Positions 40,201 to 51,198 of a stretch of DNA of 64,000 nucleotides are shown piece by piece; the first letter of the stretch is position 1; each line of letters starts with the position of its first letter. The notes below the pieces were generated by a model. That model was not told where the DNA came from. It saw only the letters and a list, made by a program, of their open reading frames with translations, and ran no database searches. The stretch comes from Candidatus Oxydemutator sp. (GTDB taxonomy: Bacteria > Pseudomonadota > Gammaproteobacteria > Poriferisulfidales > Oxydemutatoraceae). The stretch spans positions 1,344,001 to 1,408,000 of the forward strand of contig OZ241883.1 of assembly GCA_965203445.1 (NCBI GenBank). Reading direction: 5' to 3'. The translations under genes were made by a program, and so were the position numbers.

Positions 40201-43200
40201 GGCATCATAGATTGATTTGCGCGTCCCGGGCTTCTTTTTGGCCGTCGAACACCAGTGCTCAACGCCTTTCGGCATCATAGATTGATTTGCCAAGAGCCAG
40301 GCAGCCTCAACTTCCTCAAGACCAAGTGCTCAACGCCTTTCGGCATCATAGATTGATTTGCCAGCTTCGGCGCGGGCCTAACTTTAGAACGAGTAAGGTG
40401 CTCAACGCCTTTCGGCATCATAGATTGATTTGCACTTGGACGGTCTGGCACTCATGGAACAGAGCATAGGTGCTCAACGCCTTTCGGCATCATAGATTGA
40501 TTTGCTCCGCGAGGCGATGTCCGGCGCCGGGCGCGTTGTGTGGTGCTCAACGCCTTTCGGCATCATAGATTGATTTGCCTATTATTATCGAGCTTGGACG
40601 GATCACTTGGAAGTGCTCAACGCCTTTCGGCATCATAGATTGATTTGCTCTGGAAATGCTCGATTTTGAACAGGTCAAAAGCGGGTGCTCAACGCCTTTC
40701 GGCATCATAGATTGATTTGCCGACGCCTGCCCTGCCCGCCGATACCGGCGGGCGGTGCTCAACGCCTTTCGGCATCATAGATTGATTTGCGCTATGGAAA
40801 GAATATAAAAAAGTCCGTACATAATGTGTGCTCAACGCCTTTCGGCATCATAGATTGATTTGCAAGGAGAAGAGGAGGACTTCGGGGGGCGTTTCCGTGT
40901 GCTCAACGCCTTTCGGCATCATAGATTGATTTGCCTATGTGTGTTTGGCAGGGATGGTGATGCTTGAAAGGTGCTCAACGCCTTTCGGCATCATAGATTG
41001 ATTTGCAAAGACTATTCTTTTGTAAGGCTTTAATTAGCTGCGTGCTCAACGCCTTTCGGCATCATAGATTGATTTGCTGATCCGCAGCAGCGGCAGGATC
41101 ACCAGTGCCCAAGTGCTCAACGCCTTTCGGCATCATAGATTGATTTGCGTCCGCAGGGTTGTCCACGCCGGCGACATGCTCGAGTGCTCAACGCCTTTCG
41201 GCATCATAGATTGATTTGCGCGCCGGCGGTTTATTCCGCCGACACCTCTATTAGTGCTCAACGCCTTTCGGCATCATAGATTGATTTGCCGAAAGATAAC
41301 CGGCTTGGAAAAATGGTGGTCAGTGTGTGCTCAACGCCTTTCGGCATCATAGATTGATTTGCCCCAAGACAGCGCAATCATTCGAGTCGCCGGGAAGTGC
41401 TCAACGCCTTTCGGCATCATAGATTGATTTGCCGGTCAGGATATGGTTGTTCAAACTCCGGAGCGCGGTGCTCAACGCCTTTCGGCATCATAGATTGATT
41501 TGCATGGATAATTCTTTTGGTGATTTACGCTACGCGGTGTGCTCAACGCCTTTCGGCATCATAGATTGATTTGCTATCGAGAGTTCTTGACCCGTTATTT
41601 CAACGAGCGGTGCTCAACGCCTTTCGGCATCATAGATTGATTTGCATGGTCAAAAACTTTTCCCTGGTACACCCTGCCGCGTGCTCAACGCCTTTCGGCA
41701 TCATAGATTGATTTGCGCGTCCGTGCCGATGGCGTCCATGCCGACGGCGTCGTGCTCAACGCCTTTCGGCATCATAGATTGATTTGCTGCCAGAGTAGTT
41801 GCCAAGCGAGGGCTGATCAGTGCGTGCTCAACGCCTTTCGGCATCATAGATTGATTTGCTGACGGAAAGTGTCGCCAGCGATAAGAGGGAACAGTGCTCA
41901 ACGCCTTTCGGCATCATAGATTGATTTGCAAGACAAAACAAAATTTCAATAAGAATCAAAAACTTAGTGCTCAACGCCTTTCGGCATCATAGATTGATTT
42001 GCCGAGGACAGGAAGATCAACCATAAGCCCGACCGGGTGCTCAACGCCTTTCGGCATCATAGATTGATTTGCTTCATTTATTATTATCATTTATAAGTTT
42101 ATATTATTTGTGCTCAACGCCTTTCGGCATCATAGATTGATTTGCCGCCATTTGACAGGCCTGGTATAATGATAAAGATGGTGCTCAACGCCTTTCGGCA
42201 TCATAGATTGATTTGCATCTTCGTTTTGGGTTTGCCTGGCCCGTGATATTGTGTGCTCAACGCCTTTCGGCATCATAGATTGATTTGCCCTGTAACCGCC
42301 CACTTGCCACATACGCCAGTTCGTGTGCTCAACGCCTTTCGGCATCATAGATTGATTTGCAATACCGCGACCACGGCGCCGCCCTCGATCACGCAGTGCT
42401 CAACGCCTTTCGGCATCATAGATTGATTTGCCGGCGCCATGCCCGGCAGCGTCAGCTCGCCAGTGAGTGCTCAACGCCTTTCGGCATCATAGATTGATTT
42501 GCTTCAAGCACGACGTTCGAGGCGCGCGTCGGCAACGCGTGCTCAACGCCTTTCGGCATCATAGATTGATTTGCGAGGGCTGATCAGTGCCATTGACATC
42601 ATGGCCAGAGTGCTCAACGCCTTTCGGCATCATAGATTGATTTGCCTGACCAAAAGGAACAAGCCCAAGCGATCTAGTGCGTGCTCAACGCCTTTCGGCA
42701 TCATAGATTGATTTGCATGCCGGAACGTATCACCGGCAATCAGCGGGAAAAGTGCTCAACGCCTTTCGGCATCATAGATTGATTTGCCGCCGTCTTTGTC
42801 GGTTCGTTCGGAAAGGACACTGCGTGCTCAACGCCTTTCGGCATCATAGATTGATTTGCGAGCGCTTGTCGTCAAAATCGTCCTTCAACACGGGTGCTCA
42901 ACGCCTTTCGGCATCATAGATTGATTTGCGTCCAGATACACACCATATATCGAATCGTTGTCAATGTGCTCAACGCCTTTCGGCATCATAGATTGATTTG
43001 CCTCATGAACATCAAGAGGAATAAAGAACGAAGTAGTGCTCAACGCCTTTCGGCATCATAGATTGATTTGCTCTCGCCAAGACGCTCGAAAGGAAAGCCG
43101 GAAAGATGTGCTCAACGCCTTTCGGCATCATAGATTGATTTGCCCCATGCAGGCCCTGAACACCGCGCCCACATCGGCTATGTGCTCAACGCCTTTCGGC

Positions 43201-45567
43201 ATCATAGATTGATTTGCCAGCGCGCGGCGCCACGGCGCGACCCCGAGGTCGCGGTGCTCAACGCCTTTCGGCATCATAGATTGATTTGCGCTGGTAGCCA
43301 CTCCACCCGCTCCAGGAGCCGACAGAGTGCTCAACGCCTTTCGGCATCATAGATTGATTTGCGCTGTTGTGCGGGATCGCCGTGCCTATCCGGGCTTGTG
43401 CTCAACGCCTTTCGGCATCATAGATTGATTTGCGCCGGACGATGCAGGTAACCGGCGGTTATTACAGGTGCTCAACGCCTTTCGGCATCATAGATTGATT
43501 TGCTCGTTGTTGGCGTTGCGCGCGAGGTAACTTTCCAGTGCTCAACGCCTTTCGGCATCATAGATTGATTTGCGCGCTCTGGCAAAATCGGGGGTAATGG
43601 GAGTACCGCGTGCTCAACGCCTTTCGGCATCATAGATTGATTTGCTCGCGCCGTACGGCAGGGCGGCGCCGACCGGGCGGTGCTCAACGCCTTTCGGCAT
43701 CATAGATTGATTTGCTGACTTCGCGCGCGCGCGCGTGTATCCTGATGCAGTGCTCAACGCCTTTCGGCATCATAGATTGATTTGCAAGGAGGTGCAGTGA
43801 TGGCCCGGATGAATTATCGAGAGTGCTCAACGCCTTTCGGCATCATAGATTGATTTGCAATAATAGCCCTCATTTTTCGCACACCAACTGTCCGTGCTCA
43901 ACGCCTTTCGGCATCATAGATTGATTTGCTTGCCGGTGGCATTGGCAGCGGTTTTGGTAGCGCGTGCTCAACGCCTTTCGGCATCATAGATTGATTTGCA
44001 CGATTGCGCGAACCTTTACCTCTACCTCGTCTAGGGTGCTCAACGCCTTTCGGCATCATAGATTGATTTGCGTCCTCTTGGCGTTCTGGTGTGAGGAGCT
44101 TGGAAGGTGCTCAACGCCTTTCGGCATCATAGATTGATTTGCTCGCATCTCTGACATAAGCACAAAAGAGTGGCACAAGTGCTCAACGCCTTTCGGCATC
44201 ATAGATTGATTTGCCGCGTTACGCGGTTTTGATAAACGGGGTTATCACTATGTGCTCAACGCCTTTCGGCATCATAGATTGATTTGCGTAGGCAAATGTT
44301 TTTCATCAGTTATCAATATCATAGTGCTCAACGCCTTTCGGCATCATAGATTGATTTGCTGCGTGGCGCTATGGAGATGATTGCGCGCGGTGCTGTGCTC
44401 AACGCCTTTCGGCATCATAGATTGATTTGCCCCCGATACCCTGAACAGGCGCCATGGGCGCCCCATGTGCTCAACGCCTTTCGGCATCATAGATTGATTT
44501 GCCACCCCGCAGGTAATCACGGGCATAGTAGCGAATAGTGCTCAACGCCTTTCGGCATCATAGATTGATTTGCATGTTTCAACATGGGAGTAGTTTTGAA
44601 GATAGAAGTGCTCAACGCCTTTCGGCATCATAGATTGATTTGCAGGCAAAAAGTAAAACTTACCAGCGATCTCTGGTGGTGCTCAACGCCTTTCGGCATC
44701 ATAGATTGATTTGCGTACCGCCAGCCATGCTTCTCCGCGCTGCCGACATGTGCTCAACGCCTTTCGGCATCATAGATTGATTTGCACGGTAACCCTCGAA
44801 CACCTTAAGGCGCTCGACTAGTGCTCAACGCCTTTCGGCATCATAGATTGATTTGCACACGATGCGCGACCGTCTCAACAGAGAGCTGAGGTGCTCAACG
44901 CCTTTCGGCATCATAGATTGATTTGCACGATTGCGCGCACCCTTACCTTTACCTCGTCTAGGGTGCTCAACGCCTTTCGGCATCATAGATTGATTTGCCA
45001 CCTCGCGCTCCAGGCCGTCGATTCGGTCCGCGGTGTGCTCAACGCCTTTCGGCATCATAGATTGATTTGCTCGGTTTTGTGCTGTTCGAGGACATCACGC
45101 GAGAGTGCTCAACGCCTTTCGGCATCATAGATTGATTTGCTCGCGCAGCCGCGAGGCCGCCCAGATCGGCGAATTGTGCTCAACGCCTTTCGGCATCATA
45201 GATTGATTTGCCGAGATGGGCGCCGTCTCGGCCGCCCGCCAAGACACGTGCTCAACGCCTTTCGGCATCATAGATTGATTTGCCAGGGTTGATACGCTTG
45301 AAAATACGCTTTTCAAGTTGTGCTCAACGCCTTTCGGCATCATAGATTGATTTGCTTCGGCCCCGAGGGCTCGTTCATAAACCGCTGGTTGTGCTCAACG
45401 CCTTTCGGCATCATAGATTGATTTGCCTGCTGGACGTCGGATTCGACACCATAGGCGTCGAGTGCTCAACGCCTTTCGGCATCATAGATTGATTTGCAAT
45501 ACGCCGCGCGTTAATCATTGATAAAATCAATGTGCTCAACGCCTTTCGGCATCATAGATTGATTTGC
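37267..45567 (-). CRISPR. CRISPR array, 117 repeats / 116 spacers (hand count); 36-nt repeat GCAAATCAATCTATGATGCCGAAAGGCGTTGAGCAC in transcribed orientation
   Basis: Near-invariant repeat with spacers of about 31-38 nt; variant repeat at 37267 marks the trailer; AT-rich leader next to cas2; 3' TTGAGCAC handle typical of I-B/MYXAN repeats. Confidence 0.99.
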
Positions 45568-45817
45568 AGACCCTTTTTATCTGATTGAAACCAGTGGACT
45601 TTTTTTCATAGTTTTCAAGCTTCTGATTCATCATGGTAACACACTACCCTTTTCTTAAGAGTTCCGTAAAAGAAGTTTTTTGATTATCTGATAGCTATAG
45701 TAGTTCATGCATGTACATCCTTAACAAGAGAGCCAAAGTATTTTGAAAGTTTTATGTATTTTCTTTCCTGCGTAGAGAAGTAGCGACTCCAGCAAGTGAT
45801 CCATGACTCACACAATA
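45568..45817 (-). promoter_or_regulatory. CRISPR leader
   Basis: AT-rich non-coding region between cas2 stop and first repeat. Confidence 0.8.
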
Positions 45818-46102
45818 TCATAGAATTTCAAAGCGCGGCGGTGCCTCGGTCCAGATTTCCTTGTTGCGTCTCTCGATCACCCGGCTTTGTGGCGCAAGCC
45901 GAATGATCAGCAGATCGTCTTCCTCAGCCAGTATTTTTTCCAACTCCCAACGAAGTGCTTCCATTTGAGTAGCAGTGAAATGGCAACGGAACAATGAGTA
46001 TTGAAGCCATTCGCCATTTCCACGCATGTGCTTGTATACCTGTCGCCAGCGGCGTTGATCGCGGATGTCGTAGCTGAACAGATACCAGTGTCTATCACTC
46101 AT
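45818..46102 (-). CDS. cas2: CRISPR endonuclease Cas2
   Basis: YLFSYDIRD..RWR, GEWLQYSLFRC; ATG at 46102. Confidence 0.95.
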   Translation of the reverse strand: MSDRHWYLFSYDIRDQRRWRQVYKHMRGNGEWLQYSLFRCHFTATQMEALRWELEKILAEEDDLLIIRLAPQSRVIERRNKEIWTEAPPRFEIL

Positions 46103-46104
46103 AG

Positions 46105-47739
46105 TTATCGAATCCGCAACTTCGCAAAGTTTCCACCTTGCTCGCTCCATTCCTTCTCGAGAAGTCGCGCCTCCAGTTCAATCGTGCGAGCATAACTCAG
46201 TGAATAGTTCAACACGGGATGCTTCCATGTTTCCTGCTTACGGCTTTCGTACAGTTCAATCGCCTGCCGCCGCCCCTCATCAGAAAGCCAAACCTGCTGC
46301 TTGGTAACGTTGAAGTGCCGTTGCCTCCATTGGCGGCGGTTGATGGATGCGACCAAAGCCATGTCCCAAAGCAACACTCGGAATATTTCCATTAAATCCA
46401 GCGCCAGAGGATGTGCCGCGCTACGTGGCGTGTGAAAGAATCCGAGAGTGGAGTCTAACCCGACTACGATAATGGCAGCCATGACGTCCCGATACAACAA
46501 CGCATAACCGAAAGATAGCGCTGCATTGAAAGCGTCTTGCGGAGGACGGCGCGTTCTGCCTGGAAACGACATCAGATCGTCATCGTCGGTTTGCAGCAGG
46601 CAAGCCAGCGCCTCGAAGTACGATCGCGCTGCTACGCCTTCACATCCCCGCAGCATGTCCACTTCCTCACATTGCCCCACTGCACGAATCTGGCTGCGCA
46701 GCATGTTCATTTGAATCTTGATGTCGTCTTTTTTGTTTTTGACACGCGCACTGCGAGCAAGAAAGCGCAGCTGGTTCTCAATTTTGGCCAGTGCCGTTCG
46801 CCGAGATAATTGAATCCGCAACGACCGATCCGTCAGAGCACGGTATTGGCGCAAACGGCGTTGCACTCCCGGTGGCGAATTGATGCCACCTACGTAGCGG
46901 CCGCCGCCACTGAGCCAATGCACCGCCACGTTTTCAGCGACCGCAAAGTGAATAGCCTGGGCGCTGATCTGGGTGTTGCCGTGCAGGATAATAGCGCCCA
47001 CGTCCTTGCCCGGAAACTTGATCGCTTCCCCTTCCACCGGTTTGACTACGAATTGCAGGCCACTACGGACAACCCGGCTGCCGACTTCCGTGATATGCAG
47101 GGTACGCCGTTCCTCGTGTTTGGGGAATAGTCGCTTGGGCTTTTTCGCAGCGTCTGCGTCCGCCTCCTGCTGAAAACGTTCTTCTTCCGGCAAACATACC
47201 GGTGCCAGAGAGCACTTGGCGCACAGGTTTTCATTGGTTGTGATGGGTGGCCGCTCAATTTTCCCAGATAACTCGCGGGCGCGACTGATAGTTCGACGCA
47301 ACTTTTCTCGGGCTTCATCATCTATCGTTACGCGAATCGTTTTGTTGTTAGCGTGGTAACGGATGCGTCCTTCGGTAACCGGTTTGTCAAAATGTTCGGA
47401 AAGCAAGACCGCATAAGCGATGACTTGTAGTTTGTCGGTGTCCCAGGCATCGTCGCCTTTGGAGCGTCCACGCTTATGCTCTACGGCAATCAACTTGCCG
47501 TCCCGATAGCGCGCAAAATCCACCTTGCCGCGAATTCCCCATTCATTGCTTTTCAACTCGATGCTTTGCCATTCGCGGTTTTTGTCTATTTCAACTTCGT
47601 GCAGCGTGCGACCGGCATAGACGCGCTTGTCTGCAATACGGATTTCTTCTACTTCTTCTAAATAAAACAGGCGCTCGCAGTACTCGAGCGCATGGAGTGC
47701 CATGACGCGCGTCAGTGTAGTATTGGAATCCAGAGGCAT
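46105..47739 (-). CDS. cas1: Cas4-Cas1 fusion (MYXAN type)
   Basis: RVMALHALEYCERLFY, GKVD, EHKRG, CAKCSLAPVC; EGVAARSYF, RRPPQD..NAALSFGY, GFFH, LDLME. Confidence 0.95.
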   Translation of the reverse strand: MPLDSNTTLTRVMALHALEYCERLFYLEEVEEIRIADKRVYAGRTLHEVEIDKNREWQSIELKSNEWGIRGKVDFARYRDGKLIAVEHKRGRSKGDDAWDTDKLQVIAYAVLLSEHFDKPVTEGRIRYHANNKTIRVTIDDEAREKLRRTISRARELSGKIERPPITTNENLCAKCSLAPVCLPEEERFQQEADADAAKKPKRLFPKHEERRTLHITEVGSRVVRSGLQFVVKPVEGEAIKFPGKDVGAIILHGNTQISAQAIHFAVAENVAVHWLSGGGRYVGGINSPPGVQRRLRQYRALTDRSLRIQLSRRTALAKIENQLRFLARSARVKNKKDDIKIQMNMLRSQIRAVGQCEEVDMLRGCEGVAARSYFEALACLLQTDDDDLMSFPGRTRRPPQDAFNAALSFGYALLYRDVMAAIIVVGLDSTLGFFHTPRSAAHPLALDLMEIFRVLLWDMALVASINRRQWRQRHFNVTKQQVWLSDEGRRQAIELYESRKQETWKHPVLNYSLSYARTIELEARLLEKEWSEQGGNFAKLRIR

Positions 47740-47755
47740 CTATGAACACGTTAAC

Positions 47756-48487
47756 CTATGCCATATTATTTGGGGTGATACAAATCCAATACTTTTCTTC
47801 TTGCGGTCTTTGGGGTAGCGGCATGGGGTCAGAAAGTGAAAAGGTTTCAATGCGGGATTTGTTCTCCTCTGAATAGTCCACCCAAACGGGCATAGTTAAA
47901 AAACCACCATCGTCTTTTTGTAAAAACCGCCCTTCGTCATGAGGTGTTTTTTCTCGAATTTCGTTGACAAGATGCGAAGACTCGCCGAGGGATAGACCGC
48001 CATAGCGTACAATGCTGCCTCGCGTACCTGGATCCAAGGCGTTGCGGATATTTTGCACTATGCGATCTGCGTTCTCTCCCACTTGTTCATCTTTTTCATC
48101 TGCATCACGTACCCATACCCAAAATTTCAACCATAAGACTAGTTCTTGGTAGTCGGGACGGCGCCCGAGGTAGTCTCGTTGCTCCCATTGCTTATGTTCT
48201 TCAGTGTTGCTTCGGTCTGGTTCTTTTGGGGATTGCGGAACGCGCCGAAATTTGCGAAATATTTTTGTGCGTCCTATCGCGCCGTTGTCATAGGAACTTT
48301 CCGCGATAGCTATAGAAAGTTGTACGTCCTTGAACTTCTCTTTCTCGTCTCTCTCCGTTCCGATGAGTGAAAGCAGCATTCCAAAAACAGTAGATGGCGG
48401 TGGTGCAGGAAAGCTCTCCTGATATTCTCGTGCCCAACGCGGACGAAATCCTGCCATCGGCACATCTACATACAGTGAAAGTATCAT
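47756..48487 (-). CDS. cas5: Cas5 (DevS/Cmx5-like)
   Basis: FRPRWAREYQESFPAPPPSTVFGMLLSLIG, RPDYQEL, RYGGLSLGES. Confidence 0.92.
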   Translation of the reverse strand: MILSLYVDVPMAGFRPRWAREYQESFPAPPPSTVFGMLLSLIGTERDEKEKFKDVQLSIAIAESSYDNGAIGRTKIFRKFRRVPQSPKEPDRSNTEEHKQWEQRDYLGRRPDYQELVLWLKFWVWVRDADEKDEQVGENADRIVQNIRNALDPGTRGSIVRYGGLSLGESSHLVNEIREKTPHDEGRFLQKDDGGFLTMPVWVDYSEENKSRIETFSLSDPMPLPQRPQEEKYWICITPNNMA

Positions 48488-48507
48488 TTGACGTTATTCT
48501 TGGGTAT

Positions 48508-49434
48508 TTAGGCAGACAATTTTTCGCCTGCCTTTTTCACTGCCATCTTCACACCGCTTGTGACAGTCGCCCCTTTTTCCTCTAACTCATCAAAGCCAGC
48601 CACAGAGATGTTCGCTGTAATAATCAATTCTCGCGCTGGAATATCTGAATCATTATCACCAGACATTTCCACAAGTCGAGGAATGCTAACGTCGCCACGA
48701 TCTTCGTCTTGCTCAAAACAGTACAGAAATCGTGGTGCGGGGTCGCTGGTAATGCGCAGCACTACTGCCGCTGCTGAGTAGTCGGCAAAATAACGTGCAT
48801 GTGCCCCGCCTACTCTTCGCAGGGATACAAGTCCATTCAATGTCTTACACACTCTTTCAACTATCTCTTCTGGTTGGTGCCTGCTTTCACCGTTATTGCC
48901 TTCGCGTCCAATAGCGTCGGGAGTTAGGGCGAAACCGAATTGATAGCGTGTGTGATGCACCTCAACGGCATGAGGGTGGGGCGATGCACTTTTTTTAAGT
49001 TTGCCTTCTTTTTCATAGTCTGAACTTACGTTTGTGCCAGGAGAGGCAAAATTGTTCATCGTTTCACCGCGCCACGGAGTAACAGAAATTGCTCGGGTGA
49101 CTTCCAGGGGCGCGCGTCGTGCACGTGTGGGGTTGTCCGCCCGCATAAAGCCGAGCAAATCGTCATCAAGACGAGCTTGCCACTTACCTTCGGCAAACTC
49201 TGTGTCACTATATTTTGATTTACTGTGATCTGGCATCGTACGGTTCAGGGTTTCGCCGGCAAACTGCCAACCCTCACGTAAGGCATAACGTATTGCTTCT
49301 GCCGATACAGTAGTCCACTGGTCGCCGTTACGAAATACTTTTTGCAAGTTTGAGGTAACGCCCTCCCCTTCGCCACGATTGTTGGAAAAAGTGCCCTCCT
49401 GCGTGAGCACCATACCGAAAATGTGTGTCGCCAT
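48508..49434 (-). CDS. cas7: Cas7 (DevR-like)
   Basis: NNRGEGEG, TTVSAEAIRYALR, DDDLLGFM, EVHHTRYQFGF, VGGAHARY. Confidence 0.92.
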   Translation of the reverse strand: MATHIFGMVLTQEGTFSNNRGEGEGVTSNLQKVFRNGDQWTTVSAEAIRYALREGWQFAGETLNRTMPDHSKSKYSDTEFAEGKWQARLDDDLLGFMRADNPTRARRAPLEVTRAISVTPWRGETMNNFASPGTNVSSDYEKEGKLKKSASPHPHAVEVHHTRYQFGFALTPDAIGREGNNGESRHQPEEIVERVCKTLNGLVSLRRVGGAHARYFADYSAAAVVLRITSDPAPRFLYCFEQDEDRGDVSIPRLVEMSGDNDSDIPARELIITANISVAGFDELEEKGATVTSGVKMAVKKAGEKLSA

Positions 49435-49905
49435 TTATATTGCCTCCTTGGTTTTGTTTTTGTTGGCAAGCCGGCCATCGGTAAAAGTGATAAGCGCGAG
49501 TAATGCCAAGTCACGTGCTTTTGCATAGTCATGCCTGTCGTTTAGCATCCCCCACATCATGGTGGATAACTCGTTGCCGCTACCGTCTTCTTGCCAGAAT
49601 AGCAATCCGCCTGCATGTTCTTCGCCACCATCTGTTTTCAACTTCCTGTGACGCGAGTTTGCTTCGGCTAGTAGGCCAACGATTGTCGCACGGCAGAGTG
49701 GCTGCGTTTTTGCGCTATTCAGTTTGCGGCGAACTTCATCCACTTTGTCATCCCACCTTTCGCGCAGCGATCGTCCGCCCCCTCTCTTAGCGGCAAACTC
49801 CTCTTCATTAAGCATCCGCCGAAACGCGCGGTGGAATACACCCTGAACTAGTTTATGGTCTTCTGTTTCGCCCCAAATACCACTGTCCTTTTTTGTTAGT
49901 TTCAT
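49435..49905 (-). CDS. cas11: Probable Cas11 small subunit from an in-frame internal start in cas8 (156 aa)
   Basis: Minus strand GAGAGGAG-AGAACTT-ATG giving MKLTKKDSGIWGETEDHKLVQGVFHRAFRR. Confidence 0.65.
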   Translation of the reverse strand: MKLTKKDSGIWGETEDHKLVQGVFHRAFRRMLNEEEFAAKRGGGRSLRERWDDKVDEVRRKLNSAKTQPLCRATIVGLLAEANSRHRKLKTDGGEEHAGGLLFWQEDGSGNELSTMMWGMLNDRHDYAKARDLALLALITFTDGRLANKNKTKEAI

Positions 49906-51198
49906 AAGTTCTCTCCTCTCATATTTGATGAGTTTATCAAACCAGAAATGTTCTGGAGACATATCGCGTGGTGTCTTTTCACGGATTTCGTCTCCATGCC
50001 AAAATGGTATGTACGCCAATTCGCGGTACCAGTTATACCCTTTCAGCAAATTGGCTGCTATACGCTCACGACAACTTGGCAAACTTATAAATGATGGTTT
50101 TCCATTTTGTTGTACTCGCACGGTTTTAGTTGCTGGGAAAATACGGTTAAAACAGCGGTATTTGTTGACTGCTTCATATGCAGCGGCTGGCGAGAACCGT
50201 AAGTGGCTTTTGCGCACATTCTGGCTTGAGTAATGGGACACTTGTCCCATTACTATCGCTAATACTTCAGTGCTGTCAGTTTTCGCTAATTTTACACCTG
50301 TCAAGTATCGTAATGTGGCGTCTTCTAAACCAGCCACTTCGCTTTGAAATGGCCAATTTGCTGAGGTTACGGAATGCCGTAATACGCTTTTGTGGAATGT
50401 TGATAACGACCGGACCTGCGGAACGATGAACGCCCAGTTGGATTTCATCTTATCTTTTACTTTGGTGTTAGGTAATTTTATGAAGTGGCATGCCAATGGT
50501 GCAAATGCGAGCAAAAAACAAATACTAGCAAATCCTTTCCATTGCTGTTCTTTTTTCCCGAAGCGGGGTGCGGAACCAGGGTAAATCCATGAAGCAAGCT
50601 CATCAACTGTATGGGATGAGGTAAATTCATTATTTTGCAATATCTTTTTCCCACAATTTTTCCAATATGCTAACTCGGCACCGCAGTTGATAGAAGCATA
50701 CCGAAGAGAAAACGGTCTATCTTCGTCATAGTATTCTGTTTTTACTTCTGGCTTTTTTGCCTTGATATTCGTTCCTTTTGGCTTAGTAATGCTTTTACCA
50801 TGCTGTAAGAAAGTACTAAGCAACCCATTATGCGTCGGCAGGCGCAAGTAGTAGTTATCGAAGTGTGTCTGTTTGCGGTGTACCGCAGGCAGGAACAAAA
50901 CCCCGTCATGTACCTGCCACGCCCAACGTATTATTCTGTCAAAGGAATCAGCAGTTTTATCTGTATCATGCCAGTCTAATTTCACTGCAATATCACCTTT
51001 TGGAAAATCCCAATGCACATTCTCTTTCAGTTCTTTTGCTTGCCTCTTAGCCGGCGATTCTAGAAGGGCAGAATCCCAGATATCCGCTGCCGTAAGGGAC
51101 ATGTATAAGCCAGCCAATCCGGCCCGTTCATATTCTCCCATACCGGGATCATTCAGTGCCCATGTATAAGACGTGAGTGCTGGTGTTTTCTTAGTCAT
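49435..51198 (-). CDS. cas8: Cas8 large subunit (MYXAN/I-B type)
   Basis: DPGMGEYERAGLAGLYMSL N-terminus; position between cas3 and cas7; ATGA overlap with cas3 stop. Confidence 0.85.
   Translation of the reverse strand: MTKKTPALTSYTWALNDPGMGEYERAGLAGLYMSLTAADIWDSALLESPAKRQAKELKENVHWDFPKGDIAVKLDWHDTDKTADSFDRIIRWAWQVHDGVLFLPAVHRKQTHFDNYYLRLPTHNGLLSTFLQHGKSITKPKGTNIKAKKPEVKTEYYDEDRPFSLRYASINCGAELAYWKNCGKKILQNNEFTSSHTVDELASWIYPGSAPRFGKKEQQWKGFASICFLLAFAPLACHFIKLPNTKVKDKMKSNWAFIVPQVRSLSTFHKSVLRHSVTSANWPFQSEVAGLEDATLRYLTGVKLAKTDSTEVLAIVMGQVSHYSSQNVRKSHLRFSPAAAYEAVNKYRCFNRIFPATKTVRVQQNGKPSFISLPSCRERIAANLLKGYNWYRELAYIPFWHGDEIREKTPRDMSPEHFWFDKLIKYERRELMKLTKKDSGIWGETEDHKLVQGVFHRAFRRMLNEEEFAAKRGGGRSLRERWDDKVDEVRRKLNSAKTQPLCRATIVGLLAEANSRHRKLKTDGGEEHAGGLLFWQEDGSGNELSTMMWGMLNDRHDYAKARDLALLALITFTDGRLANKNKTKEAI

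Noticed and set aside
42146-42180. Spacer containing both TTGACA and TATAAT
   Set aside because: Only 7 nt apart, incompatible with a sigma70 promoter
37372-45343. Many short ORFs with VLNAFRHHRLIC or ANQSMMPKGVEH repeats
   Set aside because: Translations of the CRISPR repeat, not genes
37267-45567. Self-targeting spacers within the window
   Set aside because: Only short chance matches noticed by eye; a real alignment is needed
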